Of a DNA stretch of 49,401 bases, positions 37,226-44,532 are shown one piece after another (position 1 is the stretch's first letter; every line of letters begins with the position of its first letter). The position numbers and the translations under genes were made by a program. The stretch covers positions 1 to 49,401 of the forward strand of contig CAMNND010000002.1 of NCBI GenBank assembly GCA_946545035.1. Direction: 5' to 3'. The notes beneath the pieces were generated by a model. The model ran no database searches. It had not been told where the DNA came from and worked only from the letters and a program-made list of their open reading frames with translations. The DNA comes from an uncultured Clostridium sp. (GTDB lineage: Bacteria; Bacillota; Clostridia; TANB77; CAG-508).

Positions 37226-38347
37226 TTATTCGCCTTTATATACAAAGTTTTGTGGATTAACTTGTGAACCATTAATTCTTACCTCAAAGTGTAAATGGTT
37301 ACCTGTTGAATGCCCTGTAGATCCTACTGCAGCTATAACATCACCAGCAGAGATTGTATCACCCTCTGATACAAATAATTTACTACAGTGAGCGTAATAT
37401 GTTTGAACTCCATTGCCGTGAGAAATAATTACTAAGTTTCCATATCCTCCAGAATTAAATTGCGCATAATCAACTGTACCATCTGCAACAGCAAATATCG
37501 ATGTACCATTACTTGCAGCAATATCTAATCCTTTATGCGTATGGTTTCTTACGCTCTCGTTAACACCATATCTTGAAGAAATATGTCCTGTTACTGGAGC
37601 AACAGCAAATGATATTCCATTAACATCAACATTATCTAATTGCTCTGATTCAACATAGTTATATGAAGATGAATCCTCAGCAGCTTCTATAGCAGCTTGT
37701 CTTTTAGCTTCTGCTTCTTCAGCAGCTTTCTTCTCAGCTTCAATTCTTGCTGCTTCAGCGGCAGCTTCTTCTTTAGCTTTTATATCAGATTCAATTGAGT
37801 TATCTAATTTAGCAATAGTCGCATACTTCATATCTTTATACTCTAATGAGTTATTTGTATAAACTTCTCTAATACCAAATTCAGATTCTATTTTTTCTCC
37901 ATATTGTTCAGTTAATTTATTTACTTCTTCTTGTGCTTCTTCAATTGTATCGGCATAAGCTTTATCTTCCCCATCTAAAGTTACTGCATATAATTTATAC
38001 GTTACTTCAGCCTTAAGTTTTAAAAGCTTGATTACTGAATTTTCATCAGTTTCTGTATTTGCACTAACTAATGTAGCTGAGTATTCAGGAACACTATTTA
38101 ATACAACTAATTCCATGTTGTCATTTTCTTGTTTTAATACTTGATTTGTTACCATACAAGTAAATTCTTCTTTATCACTTACATATCCAAGTACATTACC
38201 ATCTAATGTAACTTTGTATGCCACTTTATAATTCTTACCTAAAATTGCTGCTACTAAAACAATTACAGCAGCTATTGAAATAATCGCACTTAATTTTCTT
38301 TTATCATTAGTATAGTTTTTCGGTTTATCGTTTAAAATAAAATTCAC
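37226..38347 (-). CDS. M23 family metallopeptidase (LytM-type) with an N-terminal membrane anchor and an Ala/Glu-rich linker
   Basis: HKGLDIAASNGTSIFAVADGTV and GSTGHSTGNHLHFEVRING motifs. The ORF-track TTG at 38404 coincides with a consensus -35 hexamer, so the start is more likely the GTG at 38347 after AAAGGAG. That RBS spacing is short, so the start remains uncertain. Confidence 0.8.
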   Translation of the reverse strand: MNFILNDKPKNYTNDKRKLSAIISIAAVIVLVAAILGKNYKVAYKVTLDGNVLGYVSDKEEFTCMVTNQVLKQENDNMELVVLNSVPEYSATLVSANTETDENSVIKLLKLKAEVTYKLYAVTLDGEDKAYADTIEEAQEEVNKLTEQYGEKIESEFGIREVYTNNSLEYKDMKYATIAKLDNSIESDIKAKEEAAAEAARIEAEKKAAEEAEAKRQAAIEAAEDSSSYNYVESEQLDNVDVNGISFAVAPVTGHISSRYGVNESVRNHTHKGLDIAASNGTSIFAVADGTVDYAQFNSGGYGNLVIISHGNGVQTYYAHCSKLFVSEGDTISAGDVIAAVGSTGHSTGNHLHFEVRINGSQVNPQNFVYKGE

Positions 38348-38375
38348 ACTCCTTTTAGTACTGCGACTGATGACT

Positions 38376-38404
38376 ATTATACCATACCATATATATTTTG
38401 TCAA
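38376..38404 (-). promoter_or_regulatory. Consensus sigma-A promoter for the M23 peptidase gene
   Basis: On the minus strand: TTGACA (38404-38399), a 17-nt spacer, then TATAAT (38381-38376) preceded by TGG. Confidence 0.7.
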
Positions 38405-38485
38405 ATTTTAGCAAATTTTTAGGGTATGTTTGTATGCTTCAACACCAGTATTTACTGATGCTCGAAGCTTTAGTTTGTATCATTT

Positions 38486-39196
38486 TTACATAAAATAATC
38501 CATCAATCCACTATATATCCCCCAAGCTAATCTATCCTGATACTCGTCATTTAAAAGCTCTTTTTCTTCTTCTGGATTTGACAAAAAGCCACATTCTACA
38601 ATTGTAATTGGAATTTCTACATTCTTTACAATATAGATACTATCCAGTTTCATTGGAACTCTGTCATTTTTCTTTTGAATTGACTTATTTAAATTATTTT
38701 GGATTGATTTTGCAAGTTTTATACTATTTTCATCCGAAGATTTGTAAAAAGTTTGCCATCCGTAATACTTCTGATCTGAGATTTTATTTAAATGAATAGA
38801 AATAAACATATCTGCAGAAGACTCATTTCCAATCTTAACTCTATTTTTTAAATCTGATATCTTCTTCTCTTTAAGTGTTTTACTATCAATATCGTATATT
38901 CCGTTATCATCAGATCTCGTTAGTATTACTATTGCTCCACTTTGCTCTAGCAATTTTTGAAGTTTAAGAGCTATACTTAAATTTATTTTAGCCTCACTTA
39001 TGCCATTTATACTTTCAGCACCTTCATCCGGGATACCATGACCTGCATCTATTACAATTACTTTACCTGTTACAGGTAAAGTAACGGTTTGAAGAGTACT
39101 TCTATAATTTGTTTGTTCATATATACAAAACGCTATAACAGAAAGAAATATAAATATGGTTGATAATACCAATTTATCTTTTTTTATAAAAATCAT
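38486..39196 (-). CDS. cwlD: N-acetylmuramoyl-L-alanine amidase, CwlD-like (germination-specific type)
   Basis: N-terminal TM. Amidase_3 motifs: VIVIDAGHGIPDEGA, FISIHLN, VECGFLSNPEE. The ~236-aa size is typical of CwlD. Confidence 0.85.
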   Translation of the reverse strand: MIFIKKDKLVLSTIFIFLSVIAFCIYEQTNYRSTLQTVTLPVTGKVIVIDAGHGIPDEGAESINGISEAKINLSIALKLQKLLEQSGAIVILTRSDDNGIYDIDSKTLKEKKISDLKNRVKIGNESSADMFISIHLNKISDQKYYGWQTFYKSSDENSIKLAKSIQNNLNKSIQKKNDRVPMKLDSIYIVKNVEIPITIVECGFLSNPEEEKELLNDEYQDRLAWGIYSGLMDYFM

Positions 39197-39199
39197 AAA

Positions 39200-39229
39200 A
39201 ACACCTCATATTTTAATATATGAGGTGTT
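39200..39229 (-). terminator. Hairpin/terminator downstream of the Hip-like operon that also contains the cwlD Shine-Dalgarno
   Basis: An 11-bp perfect stem, 39200-39210 with 39219-39229. On the minus-strand transcript the 3' arm contains GAGGTG (39207-39202), and the following U-rich tract contains the cwlD ATG (39196). Confidence 0.65.
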
Positions 39230-39296
39230 CTTATTTATATTCTACCTTATTCAAATTAACATATTTTATTATTATAGAAACATTTATAATCTCAAA

Positions 39297-39644
39297 TTAC
39301 TTCTCTCTTATTTTCACAAAGTATCTGTCTGTAGCTAGTCTAGCTTCTGTAACACTTAATAGTTCCATCTCGTCATATTTTTTTAATCCATATTTTTTTA
39401 ATATTGAATCAATTTTTGGATGCTCTCTACTTGGTATACGATTGCTAAAGAATGGAAAAAGCTCTTTAGATACATATTTACTTTTTAGGAACTTAATATT
39501 TCCAATGCCGAAACACCCATGATGAGTAGCTTTTTTTAGCTCCGGCTCATTTATATATAATACGTATAACTCATTTATTCTCTCCAAAGTCGCCAAATTA
39601 TAATTATTCTTTTCAGTATCACTCCAATATAAATCTAAAATCAT
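39297..39644 (-). CDS. HipA N-terminal subdomain-like protein (HipS-like, 115 aa)
   Basis: ELFPFFSNRIPSREHPKIDSILKKYGLKKYDEMELLSVTEARLATDRYFV parallels E. coli HipA FNFFDNLLPDSPIVRDRIVKRY...FDLLSEIGRDSVGAV. Its ATG directly abuts the TAA of the upstream kinase gene, and an AGGGAGA RBS lies inside that gene. Confidence 0.7.
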   Translation of the reverse strand: MILDLYWSDTEKNNYNLATLERINELYVLYINEPELKKATHHGCFGIGNIKFLKSKYVSKELFPFFSNRIPSREHPKIDSILKKYGLKKYDEMELLSVTEARLATDRYFVKIREK

Positions 39645-40640
39645 TTAAGATATCTCCCTATCCTCTATATTTATATTTTGCGTATGATCAATAAATTCTT
39701 TAACTATTTCCATTTGCTGTTTCCAAAAATCCCTAAACACGTATTTTGATTCCTTACTAACCAGTCCTCTGTTAGGTCCTGATACTTTTATTGAAACAAC
39801 CCTATCAATGTCAATAGTTAATACTTTTTCTCTAATCCACTTTACCAAATCATCATCATCTTTATAATATTCAAGAACCGATGCCAATCCTTCTTTTCCT
39901 CGCACTTTGAAGCACTTCTTATTTGAAGCTACGTTTCCCATACAAAAATCGAAATCATATAATGGAGCCATTCTAACAACTCCATTATTAATTATAATTG
40001 ACATATTTTCTGACGAAATATCTGTATTATTTATAATCTCGCTCATACAAATTTTTCTTCTTAAATCTTGTATAAACCTGTCTATGTTTTTTTTCTTAAA
40101 ATGTCTTAATTGCAGCTCTCTTACTAATCTATTTTCTATAATTTCTATATCAAGACATTCTTGCCCAAAAATATCCTTAAAACTTAACATCTCATCACCA
40201 TCTTTTAAAAACGATGGTGTCAATAAAAAGTCATCTTCCCATGTAGTTACCGAATCATCCATAACCCAGTTCACAAGGTAGTACTCAGCAGAATCTAATC
40301 CAGCAGCTTTAACTAATCTAGGAACTACTAGTGCATTATCTCGCGTATAAAGACCAATTCTGTCAGAAAAAAATCTCCAACTTGGTAACTCTTTTAACAA
40401 GTAACTATTTAAATCACTAAGTCTTAACCAGAACTGTGAGAAACATCCTTTTACACTTTTATTTTCCATAAAATATGGATTTTTAAGTAAATCAACTATA
40501 ACGACATCTGGAGTTCTTCTTCCTTTAAGTTTATTATACTCTGCATATGCTTTCTCATATTCTTCCTGTCTTAATTGACTATCTGGCACTAATTCTTTTA
40601 TCTTCTGTATATATTCTTCCAGTGTTAATTTTTCCTTCAT
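39645..40640 (-). CDS. HipA-family Ser/Thr kinase core without the N-subdomain (HipT-like, 331 aa)
   Basis: By-eye alignment to E. coli HipA:
- SVKGCFSQFWLRL vs the Gly-rich loop SVAGAQEKTALLR
- SYLLKELP vs THIIKLP (ATP-binding Lys)
- LVKAAGLDSAEYYLV vs LAKELGLNVPDAEII
- MSEIINNTDISSENMSIIINNGVVRMAPLYDF vs FQWLIGATDGHAKNFSVFIQAGGSYRLTPFYDI (catalytic D, N, and D of YD conserved)
AGGAG RBS lies 7 nt before the ATG. Confidence 0.7.
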   Translation of the reverse strand: MKEKLTLEEYIQKIKELVPDSQLRQEEYEKAYAEYNKLKGRRTPDVVIVDLLKNPYFMENKSVKGCFSQFWLRLSDLNSYLLKELPSWRFFSDRIGLYTRDNALVVPRLVKAAGLDSAEYYLVNWVMDDSVTTWEDDFLLTPSFLKDGDEMLSFKDIFGQECLDIEIIENRLVRELQLRHFKKKNIDRFIQDLRRKICMSEIINNTDISSENMSIIINNGVVRMAPLYDFDFCMGNVASNKKCFKVRGKEGLASVLEYYKDDDDLVKWIREKVLTIDIDRVVSIKVSGPNRGLVSKESKYVFRDFWKQQMEIVKEFIDHTQNINIEDREIS

Positions 40641-40763
40641 AATTGTACTCCTAAAAATGATAAACAGATTATATCACGGATTTTTCCAATGTAAATATAT
40701 GTATGTTATTGTTGCTAATATTTTTTTATGATATTATATTTTAAGAGTTAAACGAAAGGGAAA

Positions 40764-42122
40764 ATGTATATGAATTTTTATAACATGAATAAAGGTATTG
40801 GGCTTGCCCAGGGTATTGATACGGATACAAGTACTTATATGTCATATAATACTAATATTTTTACAGTAAGTGATGATATATCAACTGTTTTTTCTAACTT
40901 TTTATCCCCAAATATTAAACGAAAGCTTGGTTCATATGTGATTTTTGATAAGAATTGTAAACTTTACGATCTATGCAAAGATCATTTTGAAAATTTTGGT
41001 TATGAAATAGAAAAATACCAACTAAACGATACTTTTAATACATTTAATAATGTAAACGGTGAAGATGACATACAGGCGCTCGTGACTGCTGTGCTTAGAA
41101 ATAGTTCAGAAATCCAAAGATTTTTGTATGAAGGACATACCGAAGTAGATTTACTTTATTCATACACTGATTTATTATTAAATCTAATCTTAATATATAT
41201 TGTAGATAAAGTCTCTTCTGAAAAGAAAAATTTTAATTATATTAATAAGATTTTACATAAGTTAAATCAAAATGATTTAGAATATTTTAAGAAAATATTT
41301 GGAAAAGTTGACTCTTCATATAAGATACATAGCTCTATATTTCATCTAAAATACATGAAAGAAGATGAATATAAGAAAAGTTTGTCTATTTTAATAAGCA
41401 TGTTGTCAAAAACAACCGATACCATTGCAACCAAAACTACTATTATTGATAAGATAGAGTCTTTATACACTAACAGAAAGCTAAAACTTATTTTTATTGA
41501 GCTAACTGACACTACCGTTATAGATTCTTTTTTCTGTTCATATGTTGAAGAAAATTGCTATAAAGCCGATGTTACAAAGAAAGCAATTCCAGTTTTTTAT
41601 GTGTATGCCACTTTGGAAAGAATTGGTTATATTCCAAATTTCAGAAAATTAATTGAAGATTATGATAAAAGAAACGATATCCATATTCTAGCACTAGAAA
41701 ATGTAGCAACTTCTATAAAATTATATGGAAAAGATATACGAACTATCATGAAAAATATTCACTATGGATTAATGTTCCAAACAAAAAACGAAAAAAATAT
41801 GAAATACACACAAAAACTACTATCTGATAGTAATATATCTGATCTAATGGAACAGATACTAATTAATCCAAATTATTGTGTTCTTTATAGAAACCAAATA
41901 AAGACATCTGTAGAACAAACGTTATCTGACGAAGAAGATTCTTCTGAAGATACAAGTAATACTACTAGCACTGACTCTGCTTCAGAAGCGTTAAAAAAGC
42001 TGATGGATTCTATAGATACAAAAGAAGATCTCATCGCTCAATTGCAAAAAGACATTAATGCTGAAACGGACTCAATAAAAAGACAACATTTTGTTAATTT
42101 ATATAATAATTTCGTAGAATAA
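40764..42122 (+). CDS. Soluble VirD4/TraG coupling-protein-like protein with degenerate Walker motifs
   Basis: SYVIFDKNCKLYDLCKDHFENFGYEIEKYQLND..FN parallels the T4CP pattern S.vv.D.KgE.y..T......GY.V...n...s..yNP. IPVFYVYATLERIGYIPNFRKLIEDYDKRNDIHILALENVATSIKLYGKDIRTIMKNIHYGLMF parallels .v.f.lDEF.n.g.ip.f...i...R..gi...l..Qs..QL...YG.....i..N....l.l. The Walker A position reads VSDDIST and the Walker B DEF reads ATLE. No TM segment. Acidic, Ser-rich C-terminal tail. The alternative ATG at 40770 has better RBS spacing. Confidence 0.45.
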   Translation: MYMNFYNMNKGIGLAQGIDTDTSTYMSYNTNIFTVSDDISTVFSNFLSPNIKRKLGSYVIFDKNCKLYDLCKDHFENFGYEIEKYQLNDTFNTFNNVNGEDDIQALVTAVLRNSSEIQRFLYEGHTEVDLLYSYTDLLLNLILIYIVDKVSSEKKNFNYINKILHKLNQNDLEYFKKIFGKVDSSYKIHSSIFHLKYMKEDEYKKSLSILISMLSKTTDTIATKTTIIDKIESLYTNRKLKLIFIELTDTTVIDSFFCSYVEENCYKADVTKKAIPVFYVYATLERIGYIPNFRKLIEDYDKRNDIHILALENVATSIKLYGKDIRTIMKNIHYGLMFQTKNEKNMKYTQKLLSDSNISDLMEQILINPNYCVLYRNQIKTSVEQTLSDEEDSSEDTSNTTSTDSASEALKKLMDSIDTKEDLIAQLQKDINAETDSIKRQHFVNLYNNFVE

Positions 42123-42125
42123 AAA

Positions 42126-42154
42126 AAGCTTGTGAATGTATAATTCACAAGCTT
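42126..42154. terminator. Bidirectional terminator between the convergent 40764..42122 and 42168..43115 genes
   Basis: A 12-bp perfect stem, aagcttgtgaat (42126-42137) with attcacaagctt (42143-42154), flanked by an A-run and a T-run. Confidence 0.85.
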
Positions 42155-42167
42155 TTTCTATCTTATA

Positions 42168-43115
42168 TTATTGAATTCTTATAATTAAACAATATATAAT
42201 TGCCGCAAATATTTGTAGAGCAACAATAATTCCAGTAACTTTAAATATTTTCTCAATTCTTGCTCTTTTTGCCGCACTATTATAATATTTTCCAATTTGA
42301 ACCTCATTATGCTCAATAAACTCTGTAATATTATCTACATACACATTTTTTCTCGAACTTCTGTCATAGTGTGAATATTTCTTCTTTGGAGCAATACCAC
42401 TATATAGAGCCGCAGTGATTCCTTGTCCTATTATATTACCTATACCAAATGCAATTATGAAGAATATAATAACATATGAATATTTTGTGCTCTCTACAAC
42501 CTTATGTATGACATCTGGCAGTTCATCATATTTGATATTAAGTAATAGCATTGCAATATAGGCAATAATGAAACCTATTGTTAATGATAAACATTGTGAT
42601 CTAATAAATCTACGTTTAATGGTTTTATTATATCTATTTGGGCAACTGTTAAAAATATTAGCAATATCTGAATGAAGCTTATATGCTTCTTCTTCTAATT
42701 CTGTCGTATCTACAGAATAACGTACTTCATTCTCATATAAGTACAATTCTACATTTAATGTTTTTAATTTATTTCCTATATTTACATCCGTGTTATTTGT
42801 TCTTTCTGATCTTAGAAACATATTAAAACTTATATGAATACTATCTATTGCTGGTAAAAATCTATCTGTTAATTGACTTTTTAACCATTCAATGTCTTCT
42901 TTTTCGATATTTTCCCCACTTTTAAGCCTTACATCATAACGAACTATATCTTGAGTAACTCTATATATATTTACTTCATTTTTATTGTAATAGTTAAATT
43001 TTTTATCATATAAACCTAGTTTTTGATAATGTAATTTCTCATTTTCCAATAATTCCGCAATTTGTATAATAGTATCAGCAGATATTATTTTATTCTTTAT
43101 TTCTTCTTTTGTCAT
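42168..43115 (-). CDS. Hypothetical membrane protein: ~170-aa cytoplasmic N-domain plus three TM helices
   Basis: TM candidates are LSLTIGFIIAYIAMLLLNI, YSYVIIFFIIAFGIGNIIGQGITAALY and VTGIIVALQIFAAIIYCLII. No recognisable family motif in the soluble domain. Confidence 0.6.
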   Translation of the reverse strand: MTKEEIKNKIISADTIIQIAELLENEKLHYQKLGLYDKKFNYYNKNEVNIYRVTQDIVRYDVRLKSGENIEKEDIEWLKSQLTDRFLPAIDSIHISFNMFLRSERTNNTDVNIGNKLKTLNVELYLYENEVRYSVDTTELEEEAYKLHSDIANIFNSCPNRYNKTIKRRFIRSQCLSLTIGFIIAYIAMLLLNIKYDELPDVIHKVVESTKYSYVIIFFIIAFGIGNIIGQGITAALYSGIAPKKKYSHYDRSSRKNVYVDNITEFIEHNEVQIGKYYNSAAKRARIEKIFKVTGIIVALQIFAAIIYCLIIRIQ

Positions 43116-43164
43116 ATTTACTCCCTTTCAAGTATTCAAATAACAAAATAAATTTCATTTTTAA

Positions 43165-44031
43165 TTAGTTATCTTGAGTTAAATTATAATATTGGTTATA
43201 TAGCTCTTGGATTTTTTTCTCAGTAACCTCAGCATTTATTGTTTCAGGCACATCATAAACTTTTCCTTTTGTGTCAATATCTAAGCTCTTTATAACTGGA
43301 GCACTTACAGGTTTAGACAGCTCAGATCCATTTGAAGTAACTTTAGTTTTAGAAATTTTGGTTACAACGTCATATCCTTCTATAACCTTTCCAAAAGCTG
43401 CATAATTTCCCTCTAAATATGAATTAGTACGGCTGTCATCTGTATTCATAATAAAAAATTGAGAGCAAGCACTATTATAACCTTCCTCAGCCATCCCCAA
43501 AGAGCTATAATCTGATCTTGCCATTGCAATTGTCCCTGCCTCAAACTTTACTTTATTATTTATACCATTTGATGAAAACTCACCTTTTATTGAATATTTA
43601 TGATCTTTGTCACTACCTTTTTGAATACTTTTATCTAAATCACTAAGTAAAGCTCCGCCAGTACCATTTCCATTTGGATCTCCACCTTGAATCATAAAAT
43701 CATCTACTATACGATGGAATGTTAATCCATTATAGAAATTATTATTTACTAAATTAACAAAATTAGCTACAGTTATTGGTGCTTTATCTGGATATAGCTC
43801 TAGCTTTATTGTTCCTTCTTCCTTATTTCCTTTTTCATCTATATATTCTACAACCATAGTAGCAATTGGATTTTCTCCATTTTCTTCATCAATTTGATTT
43901 GTTTGCTCTATACTATTATTTGTTTCATTTTTCTTCTTTGAATTACTTTCTTCTTCATCATTACAACCTACAAAAGTCACTAACATTGATACCGCTAATA
44001 ACATTAATAATATACTTCTGATTCTTTTCAT
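43165..44031 (-). CDS. Cyclophilin-type peptidyl-prolyl cis-trans isomerase, lipoprotein
   Basis: Lipobox LVTFVGC after a signal peptide. Cyclophilin core: FHRIVDDFMIQGGDP.GNGTGG ... GTIAMAR ... SQFFIM ... YAAFGKVIEG.DVV. AGGAG lies 8 nt before the ATG at 44031. Confidence 0.88.
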   Translation of the reverse strand: MKRIRSILLMLLAVSMLVTFVGCNDEEESNSKKKNETNNSIEQTNQIDEENGENPIATMVVEYIDEKGNKEEGTIKLELYPDKAPITVANFVNLVNNNFYNGLTFHRIVDDFMIQGGDPNGNGTGGALLSDLDKSIQKGSDKDHKYSIKGEFSSNGINNKVKFEAGTIAMARSDYSSLGMAEEGYNSACSQFFIMNTDDSRTNSYLEGNYAAFGKVIEGYDVVTKISKTKVTSNGSELSKPVSAPVIKSLDIDTKGKVYDVPETINAEVTEKKIQELYNQYYNLTQDN

Positions 44032-44091
44032 TTGCACTTCTCCTTTTCGAAAAAATTATATCATTGCAAAAAAATATAGTCAAAATTTTCT

Positions 44092-44532
44092 CTAATATTC
44101 TAACTCTAAATTATTAAAAATTTCACTTTGCATATCAACTATTTCTTTAACAGGAATAATCGTATCTTTTTCTGTTATAATTTCATGATTTAATACATCA
44201 ATTTTCTTTATATTTTCATCTATAGTCACATATTCTCCACCAGATTTTCTTTCGTCAGGTACAAAATATGTTATTGAAACAAATGGCATCTGTTCCACAC
44301 AGTTCATTAGAATTTGCATTTTTCTATCCAATATAAATTTTGCTTCCTCATTAATTTCAATTCTACTTTCAGTTAATCTACCTTCTTCTTCAATTATATC
44401 TTCATACCCAGTTAATGCTGCAAAAGGTGCAAATTGAGCTGCTCTTTCATACCTAGACATTTGCGCATGTCTTTTTGATACATGATGTGGTAAGTTAATA
44501 ATATCTCTATACTTTTCAATAGATTCCTTCAT
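44092..44532 (-). CDS. YolD-like protein (accessory partner of Y-family polymerases)
   Basis: RYERAAQFAPFAALTGYEDIIEE motif, typical of the YolD family. Its ATG directly abuts the TAA of the polymerase gene. Confidence 0.75.
   Translation of the reverse strand: MKESIEKYRDIINLPHHVSKRHAQMSRYERAAQFAPFAALTGYEDIIEEEGRLTESRIEINEEAKFILDRKMQILMNCVEQMPFVSITYFVPDERKSGGEYVTIDENIKKIDVLNHEIITEKDTIIPVKEIVDMQSEIFNNLELEY

Noticed and set aside
38348-38404. N-terminal 19 residues of the ORF-track M23 peptidase (TTG start at 38404)
   Set aside because: The TTG is the first base of a TTGACA-17-TATAAT consensus promoter, and the AAAGGAG RBS lies downstream of it. This segment is most likely promoter and 5' UTR rather than coding.
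39248-43144. Possible direct repeats flanking the accessory islet: tattcaaattaac (39248-39260) and tattcaaataac (43133-43144)
   Set aside because: The match is a 9-nt exact core plus a few more positions in roughly 25% GC intergenic DNA, which is well within chance. No integrase or tRNA target supports an att-site interpretation.
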